Source: Myxococcota bacterium (GTDB lineage: Bacteria; Myxococcota; SpSt-1050). From it: a stretch of 38,625 nt of DNA. Both the position numbers and the translations under genes were made by a program. The stretch spans positions 1 through 38,625 of the forward strand of contig JBMFOP010000018.1 of NCBI GenBank assembly GCA_049969675.1, given 5' to 3'. Positions within the stretch are counted from its first letter, which is position 1. Each line of letters opens with the position of its first letter. The notes below the pieces were generated by a model. The model had not been told where the DNA came from. It searched no databases and worked only from the letters and a program-made list of their open reading frames with translations. Below, piece after piece: positions 20,143 through 30,464 of this stretch.

Positions 20143-20451
20143 ATGCCAAAGAAAACAGTGAAGAAAGCAAAACCAGCAAAGGCAAAGGCAAAGGCTAAGA
20201 GGAAACCCAATCCGGAGTTTATGAAGCCATTGCAGCCGTCTGAAGAGCTCGCAAAGATCGTTGGTTCAAAGCCACTTCCGAGGACAGAGGTGGTAAAGAG
20301 AGTTTGGGCCTACATCAGGAAGAATGGGCTTCAGGACAAGGAGAACAAGAGGCAGATCAATGCTGATGAAAACTTCAAGGCTATCTTCGGCGGCAAGAAG
20401 TCAGTCACAATGTTTGAATTGACCAAACTGGTTAACAAACATCTGAAGTGA
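20143..20451 (+). CDS. Stand-alone SWIB/MDM2-domain protein with Lys/Ala-rich N-tail
   Basis: FMKPLQPSEELAKIVGSKPLPRTEVVKRVWAYIRKNGLQDKENKRQINAD…VTMFELTKLVNKHL. Confidence 0.93.
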   Translation: MPKKTVKKAKPAKAKAKAKRKPNPEFMKPLQPSEELAKIVGSKPLPRTEVVKRVWAYIRKNGLQDKENKRQINADENFKAIFGGKKSVTMFELTKLVNKHLK

Positions 20452-20476
20452 TTCTTGAGCTGGTAAGAAGGTTTTT

Positions 20477-20506
20477 AAGCCCACAGCGAGTTCTGTGGGC
20501 TTTTTT
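20477..20506 (+). terminator. Rho-independent terminator between convergent genes
   Basis: AAGCCCACAG / CTGTGGGCTT stem plus T-run. Confidence 0.85.
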
Positions 20507-20517
20507 ATTTTTATCAG

Positions 20518-21093
20518 TTATTCTTGAGAATCAATATCGGGGTATGACACATCCAGAAGTTCTGGAGGGAATTCTTCAATCTTATATTTTACATACTTCC
20601 CCTTAATGCAGGGTAGAAGCTCTTTCGGCGCCTGCCTCAACTCCTTTAAGGGTGGAATAATATATCTCTTCTGTTTCGGTGGATATGTAGTATGTAAATC
20701 ACCTCTCTTATCTGTCTCCATAATGTAGGTCCCGCCGTTTTTAGAATATATGAGTATGTATCTAAAATTGATATTGTCCCAGTTATAGATGAGCTTGATA
20801 TATTGCCGCGGCTTGAGTTTTATATTATGGGCAGAGCCTCTCGGTATGGCTGGAAATGATTTATCTGTATATCTGGGGAGAGGTCCAAACTTTCCACTCC
20901 CCTCAAGCATCCCGATCGGTGTCACCCAGATCTTCTCCCCACTCGCATTGATTATTTCAATCTCCTCCAGATAGGCAATCCTGAGTGGGTTCAGGTAATT
21001 AAAAAATATTATTGAGAGCAGAAAAATAAAAGGAGAGGCAAATATAAATCCGAGCAGAAAATATAACTTTACATTGGGAGTTAAAGGCTTCAT
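20518..21093 (-). CDS. Hypothetical membrane-anchored protein
   Basis: 191-aa ORF with a single N-terminal TM helix; no recognised domain. Confidence 0.65.
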   Translation of the reverse strand: MKPLTPNVKLYFLLGFIFASPFIFLLSIIFFNYLNPLRIAYLEEIEIINASGEKIWVTPIGMLEGSGKFGPLPRYTDKSFPAIPRGSAHNIKLKPRQYIKLIYNWDNINFRYILIYSKNGGTYIMETDKRGDLHTTYPPKQKRYIIPPLKELRQAPKELLPCIKGKYVKYKIEEFPPELLDVSYPDIDSQE

Positions 21094-21173
21094 AAGATAA
21101 CTAAAAGCACAAAGTATGAAAAATGTAAATCCAAAACTTGTATATTAAATTTCAATATAATTATGTTTTTTGT

Positions 21174-21214
21174 TTGACAGAAACTATAAAACGAAATATA
21201 CATTTTTCGTTTTA
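21174..21214 (+). promoter_or_regulatory. Sigma70 promoter with overlapping candidate TetR operator
   Basis: TTGACA(21174)-17 nt-TATACA; perfect inverted repeat TAAAACGAAA-8 nt-TTTCGTTTTA (21187-21214) straddling the -10. Confidence 0.7.
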
Positions 21215-21230
21215 GTGAACAGGAGGCGAT

Positions 21231-21806
21231 ATGCAGACCAAAAAAGAGATAATCTCTTTTGCCTCAGAGCTGTTTAAGAGATATGGACTTAAAAAGACAA
21301 CTATGGATGATGTGGCAAGGATCTGTAGAGTGGGGAAGGCAACACTTTATAAGTTTTTCAGGAACAAAGAGGAACTCTACAAGGAGATTCTCAAAGATGA
21401 GATGGAGGAGATTCTCTCTGTTGTGACGGAGAGGATAAAGGATATAAAGGATGTGAAGGGAAAAATAAAGGCGCTATTTGAGACTGAATATATCCTTTTG
21501 AGAGATAAACTCAACCTCTCCGAGCTCCTGCTCAATACATCACAGATAGTTGATATGGAGATATCAAAGATTATTGATGAGTTTTATGAGAGACAGAGGA
21601 GGTTAATAAGAGGGATACTCGCTGAGGGTGTTGAAAATGATGAGATTGTGGTTGAGGATGTCTCCCTTTTATCACTTGCTATGATGGCAGCCGGACAGGG
21701 GCTATTCAGTTATTTCAGAGGGATGAAGGATGAGAAGAAGGCATTAAAGTCAATGGAGTATCTGATAAACACACTGTTCTCCGGGATAGATAGAAGAGGG
21801 GGTTGA
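21231..21806 (+). CDS. TetR/AcrR-family transcriptional regulator
   Basis: LFKRYGLKKTTMDDVARICRVGKATLYKFFRNKEELY HTH. Confidence 0.95.
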   Translation: MQTKKEIISFASELFKRYGLKKTTMDDVARICRVGKATLYKFFRNKEELYKEILKDEMEEILSVVTERIKDIKDVKGKIKALFETEYILLRDKLNLSELLLNTSQIVDMEISKIIDEFYERQRRLIRGILAEGVENDEIVVEDVSLLSLAMMAAGQGLFSYFRGMKDEKKALKSMEYLINTLFSGIDRRGG

Positions 21807-21809
21807 TTT

Positions 21810-24677
21810 ATGATAGATAATTTAATAAAAAAAGCAATCTCACTTAAATACCTCCTTCTGATTCTCACATTGATGTTTTCAATATTATCTCTTTTTCTAA
21901 TTAAGAATCTTAGCATACAGGGAGATATCCTTGAATATCTACCCTTAAATGATGAAGATGTAAGTTTTTTTAAAGAGGTAGGCAATAAATACCTCTCTAA
22001 TTACTTTATTATGGTGAGTATTGAATCAGATAGGGATTTTGGGGTCTTCAGCCGTGATTATATAAAGAAGATTGATGAACTAACACGTGCATATAAAGAT
22101 ATAGAGGGTGTCTCCTCAGTAATAAGTCTCACCAATGTGATGGATATTAAGAAGATTGAGGATGGTATTGATGTAAGCAATCTTATAGATTCTGATAGAA
22201 TTTCAGAACTGACTGACGAGGAGATTGAGAGCCTGAAGGGATATGTCCTTAAAAACGAGAGGTATGTAAATCAGATTGTATCAAAGAATGGGAGATATTC
22301 ACAGATAATCATAAGGCCCATCGCCGATGTAAATAGGGAGACAATAGTAAATAAGGTAGAAGAGTTGAGTAAGAATATACTCGGATCAGGCAATCTAAAA
22401 TTCTATGCCGGAGGCTGGCCTGTAGCTATCAGAGATACAAATAATGCAACTATGAAAGACCTTAAGAGACTGACCCCTCTTGTGATTGTTATTTCAATGC
22501 TTGTCCTGTTTCTGGGCTTCAGGACAATAAGGGGTGTACTGCTTCCAATACTGGTGGTCATTCTCGCAAATCTATTTACATTTGCAATTATGGCGCTGCT
22601 TAAAAAACCGGTGACAATTGGTACCTCAGCAATCCCGGTGATACTTGTCTCAACAGGGACCGCCTATGCAATACATTTTATCAATCAATACTATTTTTAT
22701 TCGGCAAAGGAGTCTAAAAAGCTGGATATCATAATCTACGCCATAAAGGATAAATGGAAGGCGGTGCTCCTATCTGCCCTGACTACAATGGCCGGGTTTG
22801 TAACACTTGTGACGGCTACACTTACGACTGTCGTTGACCTCGGTATTTTTATGACCCTCGGTATTTTCTTTGCATTTGCACTCGCAATTTTAGTAGTTCC
22901 AGCAATTTTATCTATATTGAGTATCAAAAAGGCAGAGAAGGTTCAGTCGGAAGAAGAGGCTTTGAGCAGCCATAGAGGTATCTTCCTCCCATATGTTGAA
23001 GGGTTGGTTCTATCTCATTCAAAGAAAATTATCCTTATATTTTTGATTATCTCTATTTTGCTTCTGCCATCCTTAATGAAGATTACCGCCGATGTCAACC
23101 CGATAAATTATTTTAAAAAGGATGCACCTATCAGAAAGTCAGAGCAACTCCTTGTAGAGCATTTTGGAGGCGCCGTCCCCGTATATGTACTGGTAAAAGG
23201 TGAAGTAAAAGACCCGAGGGTAATGTATATTACTGAATATGTTGAGCGAAAGATTGGGGCCGTGGAGAAAGTAAGCAACGCCCAATCTGTCGGTGCTATT
23301 GTTGCAGATATGAATTATAATCTGATTGGAGATTACAATATCCCTCTATCCTCCGGGAAGATAGGTAACCTCTGGTTCTTTGTGGAGGGGAATGACTATT
23401 TAAATCAGTTTGTAACAAGGGATATGGATGAATCAGTAATCCTTGCAAGGATTGAATCGCTCCAGAAGTCCTATGTTACAACTGCAAATAATGAGATAAA
23501 GAGAGTGCTCCTGAGTATGCCAAAGAGATTCAAGATAATAAGAGGTGAGGAATTAAAAGACGAGAAGATGAGAAGTGAGTTTAAGAGATACATTGAATCA
23601 CATCTCAGAGATAGGATTTCAACAGAGTTAAAGATTCAGAAGATTAATATATCAGACGAGGAGATTCTTAAATTGATTGAAAAGGTAGAGAGGTTCAAGA
23701 GCAAGGAGATATCGCCTGATGAAGGCTATTGCAGGAAGATGTATGCTGAGTTTGAGAGTAGATTTGCACGGCTTAGATCAGAGTTTGGGATTGATTATAT
23801 CCTTCCCGAGATAGAGAAGAGTGGGGGGTGCGGTTACAATGTCCTGAATAACATTAAGATTATCTCTGGTAAGATTATGCCAGAGGATTTGGAGATTGAG
23901 GAGGACATCAAAAAGGAGATAGATGAGCTGAAGGAGTCTATGACACTGTATCAGGAGAATCTCTTTCTGAATATGATTCTTGATACAACCCTGAAAGGCG
24001 ATGCCAATGAGACCTCAAGAAAACATATTGCAGGTCTTCTTGCTATGTTATTTAAGGACGGTTTTGTGATTGGTGATGATTTTATATTCTTTGATAAGGT
24101 GGGGGGAGAGGGTATTGAAATCCCTATGAAATATGGTGGGCTGGGACCTGTGATGACCATGCTGGATGAGAATTTGATGAGGAATCAGATTCAGTCAATA
24201 ATTATGGCCCTTATACTTGTCTTCCTTTTGATGCTCTATCTGACCCGTTCAGTAGTGGTAGCGCTTATCTCTATGATACCAATATTATTTACACTGCTCG
24301 TGGACTTCTCAATTATGGCTATCTTCAATATCCCGGTTGATGATGTTACCATAGTAATTGCGTCAATACTGATAGGGGTAGGTATAGATTATACAATTCA
24401 TACAATTACCGGGCTCAGGCTCGGTTTTGAGAAGTTTCAGGAGGTTAAGAGCGCAATATCCTTTACTATCAGGGTCATCGGGAGGGCGGTATTCCTCAAT
24501 ACCTCGGCGGTCTCACTGGGGTTTGTTGCACTGCTATTCGGGGATTTTCTCCCTCTCAGAACTATGGGGATACTCACCGCTGTAACGATGTTTGTTGCAG
24601 CAACTTCGGCGATTGTATTGATTCCAGCCTTTGTGATGTCTTACAAAAGATTTAATATCAAGGAGGTAAAGTTATGA
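21810..24677 (+). CDS. MMPL/RND-superfamily putative lipid transporter
   Basis: Two repeats of 1 TM + periplasmic domain + 5 TM; GTAYAIHF and GVGIDYTIH motifs. Confidence 0.88.
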   Translation: MIDNLIKKAISLKYLLLILTLMFSILSLFLIKNLSIQGDILEYLPLNDEDVSFFKEVGNKYLSNYFIMVSIESDRDFGVFSRDYIKKIDELTRAYKDIEGVSSVISLTNVMDIKKIEDGIDVSNLIDSDRISELTDEEIESLKGYVLKNERYVNQIVSKNGRYSQIIIRPIADVNRETIVNKVEELSKNILGSGNLKFYAGGWPVAIRDTNNATMKDLKRLTPLVIVISMLVLFLGFRTIRGVLLPILVVILANLFTFAIMALLKKPVTIGTSAIPVILVSTGTAYAIHFINQYYFYSAKESKKLDIIIYAIKDKWKAVLLSALTTMAGFVTLVTATLTTVVDLGIFMTLGIFFAFALAILVVPAILSILSIKKAEKVQSEEEALSSHRGIFLPYVEGLVLSHSKKIILIFLIISILLLPSLMKITADVNPINYFKKDAPIRKSEQLLVEHFGGAVPVYVLVKGEVKDPRVMYITEYVERKIGAVEKVSNAQSVGAIVADMNYNLIGDYNIPLSSGKIGNLWFFVEGNDYLNQFVTRDMDESVILARIESLQKSYVTTANNEIKRVLLSMPKRFKIIRGEELKDEKMRSEFKRYIESHLRDRISTELKIQKINISDEEILKLIEKVERFKSKEISPDEGYCRKMYAEFESRFARLRSEFGIDYILPEIEKSGGCGYNVLNNIKIISGKIMPEDLEIEEDIKKEIDELKESMTLYQENLFLNMILDTTLKGDANETSRKHIAGLLAMLFKDGFVIGDDFIFFDKVGGEGIEIPMKYGGLGPVMTMLDENLMRNQIQSIIMALILVFLLMLYLTRSVVVALISMIPILFTLLVDFSIMAIFNIPVDDVTIVIASILIGVGIDYTIHTITGLRLGFEKFQEVKSAISFTIRVIGRAVFLNTSAVSLGFVALLFGDFLPLRTMGILTAVTMFVAATSAIVLIPAFVMSYKRFNIKEVKL

Positions 24678-25405
24678 AGAGAGTATTAGGTGTTGCATCA
24701 TTATTTGTATTGCTTCTTCCAGCAGGTTATGTCTTTGCAGAGACGGCGCAGGATGTATTAAAGAAGGTGGAAGAGAAGCAGAATGAGGCAAAAGATGCTG
24801 AGATTGGTGTAAAGATTACTACTATTGAGAAAGATGGGACGAGAAAGACGAAGGAAGGCATAATCTATCAGAAGGGAGAAGATAAGAGGGTATTTAAGTT
24901 CACCTCACCTGCTGATATTCAGGGGCTATCTATCCTTTCAATGGGTAAGGATACGAGATATATCTATCTCCCGGAATTCAAAAAGGTCAGAAGGATTGCC
25001 GGACATATAAAGAATCAGTCTTTTGGTGGCACAGATTTTACAAATGATGAGATATCTTCTACAAAGTATTCAGATGATTATGAGGCAGTGGAATTACAGG
25101 AGAGTGGTGATTCAAAGATAATCGTCTTGAAGAAGAAGAGTTCAAGCGACAGGGAATTTGATAAGATAGTGGCTGAGGTAACTTCCGATTATATCATCAG
25201 GAAGGCTGAGATGTATAAGGGGGATAAGTTACAGAAGATACTTACTGTCTCAAATATAAAGAAGCACGGAAAGTATACTATAGGTGAGAAGATGGAGATG
25301 AGGGATGTCATAAAGAATCACTCCACCGAGATGGAGATGGTCAAGATTGAATTTGATAAGGGACTCTCGGATGATATCTTCACCGAGAGGTTCCTGAAGA
25401 GGTAA
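24674..25405 (+). CDS. Outer-membrane lipoprotein-sorting (LolA-like) periplasmic protein
   Basis: Signal peptide; FTSPADIQG, YIYLPEFKKVRRI, SFGGTDFTNDE, GLSDDIFTERFL motifs; ATGA overlap with the MMPL gene. Confidence 0.88.
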   Translation: MKRVLGVASLFVLLLPAGYVFAETAQDVLKKVEEKQNEAKDAEIGVKITTIEKDGTRKTKEGIIYQKGEDKRVFKFTSPADIQGLSILSMGKDTRYIYLPEFKKVRRIAGHIKNQSFGGTDFTNDEISSTKYSDDYEAVELQESGDSKIIVLKKKSSSDREFDKIVAEVTSDYIIRKAEMYKGDKLQKILTVSNIKKHGKYTIGEKMEMRDVIKNHSTEMEMVKIEFDKGLSDDIFTERFLKR

Positions 25406-25415
25406 GGGGGGAATA

Positions 25416-26798
25416 ATGAGAATCTTGAAGATTCTTCCTTTTCTCCCCATTATAATCTATTTGCAATCCTCCTTTGCCTCAGAACCTCTCAAATTAAATG
25501 GGGATATAAGAAGCAATCTCTATCTTGGTCTGATATACGGGGATATCTATAACTACTTCAATTCAAATGTCCTGACCTTAAAAGGTGAGACAAGACCCAA
25601 TGAGCATGTCTCGGGTAGATTTGAGCTCAGATTCAGGAACGAAAATATTGGTGAACTCAAGACTATTGATGACCTGAAGCATAGAAGTTATGTAGAACCG
25701 GTCTCGCTGCAACTTTATGAGGCATATATTCAATTCAGTTCTATCTTTATAAAGGAGATGGATTTGAGGTTTGGTAGGCAGAGGATTGCGTGGGGGACCG
25801 CTGATGGATTTAATCCTACAGATAACTTCTCTCCCCTTGACCTTGAAGACCCGCTGGATTTTAAGAATAAACTCTCTGTATGGGCGATGAATGCGAGTAT
25901 TTATTATTCGTCATTTGACATCTCTTTGATACTTCAGCCCGTCTTTGAACCATCATTGTTACCAAATATTGCCCTCATCTCCACTGATTCAAATCAGATG
26001 CTCTCACAGTACAGAGATAGGTTACAGGAGCCATTGATCCTGCTCCCGGCGTTTAAGGCAAAGAATTTTATATCTGGCACAAGGCTGAAATACAGAGGTG
26101 ATCTCTTTGATATCTCTGCATCCTATTATCACGGATATATGAATATACCTGTTGTAAGGGATATAAGGATAGAGACGGGTGGATTTGCCTTAAAGTCAAT
26201 TACTCCAGTTCTTATCTATCCTTCTCAGGATGTATTGGGACTGGACTTTGCATTAAATCTCTTTGACATAGGACTCTTTGGAGAGGCTTCAATTGTCTTC
26301 CCTGAGGAGGTCGTGCCCGTTTACTATATAAACAATAACAGGATTGAAGATAAGGATAAAAAGACCTATGGTATTGTAGAGAGTGGGGTATCTGTTGAAG
26401 ATAAGCCCTTTGTGAGATTTGCAGGGGGTCTGGATTATACATTCAAGGGTGGTTATTATGTAAATATTCAGTATGTAAGAGGATTCTTCAACGAGCTCTC
26501 TAAATCGGCATTAAATAACTATATATTTGCCTATATGAAAAAGGATTTCTTTGATTCAGTATTGGAGATTCAACCTTCTTTTGGCTTTGAGTTTGATTCG
26601 GATAAGGATGAGTTATTCGGCTCTGAGAAGAGAAGAGATGAGAAGGCATATATACTATCTCTTGAACTAAATTATATCCCGTTTAATACAGGTAAGATAA
26701 CATTAGGTGGGGCGATGGCTCGCGGTGATGATGGAAGCAACCTCAAGATGTTTGAAAAACTGGACCAGATATACCTACGATTCAGGCTGGACTTTTAA
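25416..26798 (+). CDS. Outer-membrane beta-barrel protein (DUF1302-like)
   Basis: Signal peptide, LYEAYI…RFGRQRIAWGTADGFNPTD motif, C-terminal Phe (RLDF); typical fourth member of MMPL-LolA operons. Confidence 0.75.
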   Translation: MRILKILPFLPIIIYLQSSFASEPLKLNGDIRSNLYLGLIYGDIYNYFNSNVLTLKGETRPNEHVSGRFELRFRNENIGELKTIDDLKHRSYVEPVSLQLYEAYIQFSSIFIKEMDLRFGRQRIAWGTADGFNPTDNFSPLDLEDPLDFKNKLSVWAMNASIYYSSFDISLILQPVFEPSLLPNIALISTDSNQMLSQYRDRLQEPLILLPAFKAKNFISGTRLKYRGDLFDISASYYHGYMNIPVVRDIRIETGGFALKSITPVLIYPSQDVLGLDFALNLFDIGLFGEASIVFPEEVVPVYYINNNRIEDKDKKTYGIVESGVSVEDKPFVRFAGGLDYTFKGGYYVNIQYVRGFFNELSKSALNNYIFAYMKKDFFDSVLEIQPSFGFEFDSDKDELFGSEKRRDEKAYILSLELNYIPFNTGKITLGGAMARGDDGSNLKMFEKLDQIYLRFRLDF

Positions 26799-27353
26799 TC
26801 GCTTTAATTCTTGAATGACCTCCGCAACAGGGAGGCCAATCACATTTGTGTAAGAACCCCTTATCTCCTTAATGATTGTTGCACCTATCCCCTGAGCCGC
26901 ATAGGCACCTGCCTTATCCATAGGTTCATCACTTTCAATATATTTTTTAATCTCCCCATCTGTTAACTCTCTAAATCTGACATCTGTCTTTACAACTCTG
27001 GTAATTATTTTACTTTTATAATACAGACTGAAAGCGGTATAGACGATGTGCCATCTGCCCTGCAACAACTTCAGCATCCGGAATGCATCTCGCTTATTTA
27101 TTGGTTTTCCCAATATCTTATTATCTATAACAACTATGGTATCTGCTGTGAGGATAATCGTCTCCCTGCCAAATTTCTTCTTCTTCAATATTTCAAATAA
27201 CTTCTCCCCAGATGCCCTTCTTACAAAATCTACTGGGCTTTCACCCTCTTTTGGGCTTTCGTCAATATCTGGTTTTATTATCTCAAACTCAATCCCGGTA
27301 TGTGCCAATAATTCTCTCCTCCTCGGAGAAGAGGAGCCAAGTATAAATCTCAT
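26775..27353 (-). CDS. maf: Maf-family nucleoside triphosphate pyrophosphatase
   Basis: ILGSSSPRRRELL, ADTIVV…ILGKP, EPMDKAGAYAAQG, GSYTNVIGLP. Confidence 0.95.
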   Translation of the reverse strand: MRFILGSSSPRRRELLAHTGIEFEIIKPDIDESPKEGESPVDFVRRASGEKLFEILKKKKFGRETIILTADTIVVIDNKILGKPINKRDAFRMLKLLQGRWHIVYTAFSLYYKSKIITRVVKTDVRFRELTDGEIKKYIESDEPMDKAGAYAAQGIGATIIKEIRGSYTNVIGLPVAEVIQELKRLKVQPES

Positions 27354-27398
27354 AGGACCTCCAAATCTTTCTCTCTTTATTTCAACAACTTTCTAATT

Positions 27399-28298
27399 TC
27401 AATATATTTTTACCTTCTTTGTGAGCCCTTCAAAGGTAAGACTCTCTAAATTTTTCGGTAATTTCATAAATCTCAATGGTTCATCACAGCGATTGCAGAT
27501 CTGAAAATATGGAACCCCCTTTATTATCTCCCGCTTCTTCATCAGAATCTCTCTCCCCCCTTCAGATATATGGGCAAATTTTGTCTCACCTGTCAGATCA
27601 TGGCAGCAGGAGAGGAGATTCCCCTCCGCATCTATAAAACTATGAAAAAGAAAGAGATTGCATCCCTCATTAACCCTTACATCTCTGCCTCTATAAAGAA
27701 GACTTCTTTTGAGATTCCCTCCCCTTGAATGAATCTTCGTAATCCAGACAGGTATATTATAAGAGATATTAAAGAACCCTCTATAGGCTTGAGGATTCTC
27801 ATTGAAATCTGTAATAACTCCCAGTGCCCTGAGAGGAACTTCTTTTCTGTAGTGTGAAAACATCTCTTCACATTTACTAAGGATGAGTTCAGGCTTTATA
27901 CCTTTATTGTAAATCTTTTCAAGGGTCGTTGTTTCAATTGATGGTATGGAGACTGTAATTATATTAGGTTTTGATTCAACCACCTTCTTAAATATGGTGG
28001 GATTGAGGTTTATCAGGGATGCAATATTGACCACAACCCCAACCCTGAATCTTCCCATCCTGAGATATCTAATGAACTCTGGCAATTCGGGATGAAGTAG
28101 AGGGTCTCCCATACCTGAGATGGTAATAAGCGGTCTGAACTCATTGAAGGCTTTTACCAGATTTTTTAAGGTCTCAAATCCCATAAATGCCCTCTTCCTC
28201 TTTATCTCCTCACGGGGGCAGATTGAGCAATTATTCATACAGATATTGGTGACCTCAAGGTCAATAGATAATAATACTGGATTCAAATTCTTATACAT
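27399..28298 (-). CDS. Radical SAM protein with SPASM/twitch domain
   Basis: CMNNCSIC (CxxxCxxC), SGMGDPLLHP, C-terminal C…IDAEGNLLSCCHD…CNRC. Confidence 0.9.
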   Translation of the reverse strand: MYKNLNPVLLSIDLEVTNICMNNCSICPREEIKRKRAFMGFETLKNLVKAFNEFRPLITISGMGDPLLHPELPEFIRYLRMGRFRVGVVVNIASLINLNPTIFKKVVESKPNIITVSIPSIETTTLEKIYNKGIKPELILSKCEEMFSHYRKEVPLRALGVITDFNENPQAYRGFFNISYNIPVWITKIHSRGGNLKRSLLYRGRDVRVNEGCNLFLFHSFIDAEGNLLSCCHDLTGETKFAHISEGGREILMKKREIIKGVPYFQICNRCDEPLRFMKLPKNLESLTFEGLTKKVKIY

Positions 28299-29373
28299 CT
28301 CTTACAGCCTCAAGAAATGAGTAACCAAAGTCAGAATCTGGCTCTATATAATGCCCTTCAGTATATTCATTCATAGAGGTGATAAATAGGATTCTCTCGG
28401 GATTCTTCTTTTCGTTATATATTTTGGCAAGATTTAAGAATCTCTTAAATCTATCAGGGCTTTCATTTATTACAACAGGCCAGTAAGGATACCTTCTAAC
28501 TCTTATATCCTTATTCTGAATGCCTCGTGGCGTGGCATCCCAGCCGGGTGAGACAGATGGGAAGTATGGTAGTCCCGACTCAATGGCAAAAGTATCCCAC
28601 TCAGATGCCCTTTTTGTAATCAGGGTTTCGTATTCCTGTAAGAATTCACCTTTCCATTCGGGGAGAAATACATAATGGCTTATTGCATCAAATCCCGCTT
28701 TTTTGTATGATGTCATAAATGCGGGAGCGGGGTTGAGGGCGACCAGAAAGATATCATCAAATCTATTCCCTTTGAGCCACTCCCGTGCTGATAGAATAAT
28801 CCTTCTCCCCTCCTCAACTCCAGTATCTCTCAAAAAGAATGTAGAGTCAAATATCAGAAATAGATTCTTCCCTAAAATTCTCAGATAATTTGGTCTTACA
28901 AAGTAGTTTTGAGCGGCGAACTTTATAAGGCTTAAAAAGTCCTCTTTATTGGTATATACAAATCTTGAGGGATGAAGGATTGCCCCTTTTGTACTTTTTA
29001 TCGGTAGTATTCCCCGTGGCATCCTGTTTGCCCACATAATTGCAAAATTTATTCTGGTATTTATATTTGAGCCGAGGAATGCCTCATCAAGAGGTCTATA
29101 TAGCACCCTTCTTCCAAATGACCAGTAAAAGCAGTATATGAAAGCATTTATATTATATTCTTTTGCAAGGGATATCTGCCACTCTGCGCTCTCTATCAAT
29201 GAATCATCATATATCTTAAGAGGTTTTCTCGGCTGCCTGTGCCCGGCGAATTTTGGCCCAGCCTTTTTTAAAAGCCCCCACTCATCAAGCACCTCGCCTC
29301 TGTCATTCCTTCTAAAAGGCTCTTTGTGCCAGCCCGGATAAATATACACCGCTTTGATTATATTGTCTTTCAT
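28291..29373 (-). CDS. Glycoside hydrolase family 99-like / WbsX-like protein
   Basis: YIYPGWH, EW…AGPKFAGHRQPRKPL…YD, WQISLAKEY…FIYCFYW, FAIMWAN, SPGWDATPR, NEYTEGHYIEPD. Confidence 0.85.
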   Translation of the reverse strand: MKDNIIKAVYIYPGWHKEPFRRNDRGEVLDEWGLLKKAGPKFAGHRQPRKPLKIYDDSLIESAEWQISLAKEYNINAFIYCFYWSFGRRVLYRPLDEAFLGSNINTRINFAIMWANRMPRGILPIKSTKGAILHPSRFVYTNKEDFLSLIKFAAQNYFVRPNYLRILGKNLFLIFDSTFFLRDTGVEEGRRIILSAREWLKGNRFDDIFLVALNPAPAFMTSYKKAGFDAISHYVFLPEWKGEFLQEYETLITKRASEWDTFAIESGLPYFPSVSPGWDATPRGIQNKDIRVRRYPYWPVVINESPDRFKRFLNLAKIYNEKKNPERILFITSMNEYTEGHYIEPDSDFGYSFLEAVRDV

Positions 29374-29582
29374 CCAAAAACTCCCGATTGCTCAAAATAA
29401 TTTAATTGAACCAATATATCAATATAAATACATCATTACTCTTGCATTGAAAAATAAATGTAATAAAATTGATCTGGTGAATCTACCGGGATAATTTCGC
29501 TGTCTTAATCAGGCACAATCCCCAAAATCAATCTATGTTTTTGTTGATTTTAATCAGAATATAATTTATAAGAACCTTCTCT

Positions 29583-30464
29583 ATGAGATTCTCATTGTTT
29601 TATTTTTTTATATTTATTTTCGTTTTTACATCTCTCATTGACTGTAGATGCTCAAGACTGGATAGACCATCTGATAAGAGGGTGGAAGCGGATAAGCCCG
29701 CCTTTGACATATCCAGATTTCATAACAGTAGAGAGATTCAGAAGATGGTCTTTGATACCAGATTCTCTGAGATAACCAGACGTTTTGGAGATGTGATATT
29801 TGAACAGACATATTCACTTGAGATCTCATCCGGTAGAGAAAAGGTTGAATTTCAAAATAAGGATTTAATTGAGCAGGCAAAGAATGGGGATTATCATATA
29901 AAGGTTGAGAACAGTGCTGACAGGATTATGGAGGTCTATTATATTGATAAGAAGCTCTATGTAAGTATGAATGGAAAGGAGTTCTTCTTACATTCTGACG
30001 ACCTTACCGAGGCGAGGTCCAGGAAGGAATCTGTATATTCACAGGCAAATTCATTCTTAAAGAGTTACGCACATTTTATAAAGTTTGTACCTGATGGAGA
30101 GGAGGAGCGGGACGGGGTAAAGTTTCTGAGATACAAAACCGATATAGAGCCTAAACCAGAGAAGAGTGAGGCTGAGAGGGCATATTCGCTTGAGGAGATT
30201 ACCGGTTATATCCTTCTGGATAAACGTTCAGGCGGGATTGTGGCTGTAGATATAAAGGGTGTAATCAGATATGAACGGGATTCAAAGATTGCCCTTTCAA
30301 AATTCTCTATAAAATCTAATATAAGGAAGGCATCTGTCCCATTTAGTTTTAAGGTCCCTAAGATTGGAAGTGAACCACAGAAGTTGAGGATTGAAAAGGA
30401 CCTGCTTGAAAGACTTGAAAAGATGGAGGAGAGAGTTGATACAAAAGAGGAAGAGGAAGAGTAA
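29583..30464 (+). CDS. Hypothetical exported protein/lipoprotein
   Basis: Hydrophobic N-terminus ending DCRC; beta-rich body; acidic tail. Confidence 0.7.
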   Translation: MRFSLFYFFIFIFVFTSLIDCRCSRLDRPSDKRVEADKPAFDISRFHNSREIQKMVFDTRFSEITRRFGDVIFEQTYSLEISSGREKVEFQNKDLIEQAKNGDYHIKVENSADRIMEVYYIDKKLYVSMNGKEFFLHSDDLTEARSRKESVYSQANSFLKSYAHFIKFVPDGEEERDGVKFLRYKTDIEPKPEKSEAERAYSLEEITGYILLDKRSGGIVAVDIKGVIRYERDSKIALSKFSIKSNIRKASVPFSFKVPKIGSEPQKLRIEKDLLERLEKMEERVDTKEEEEE

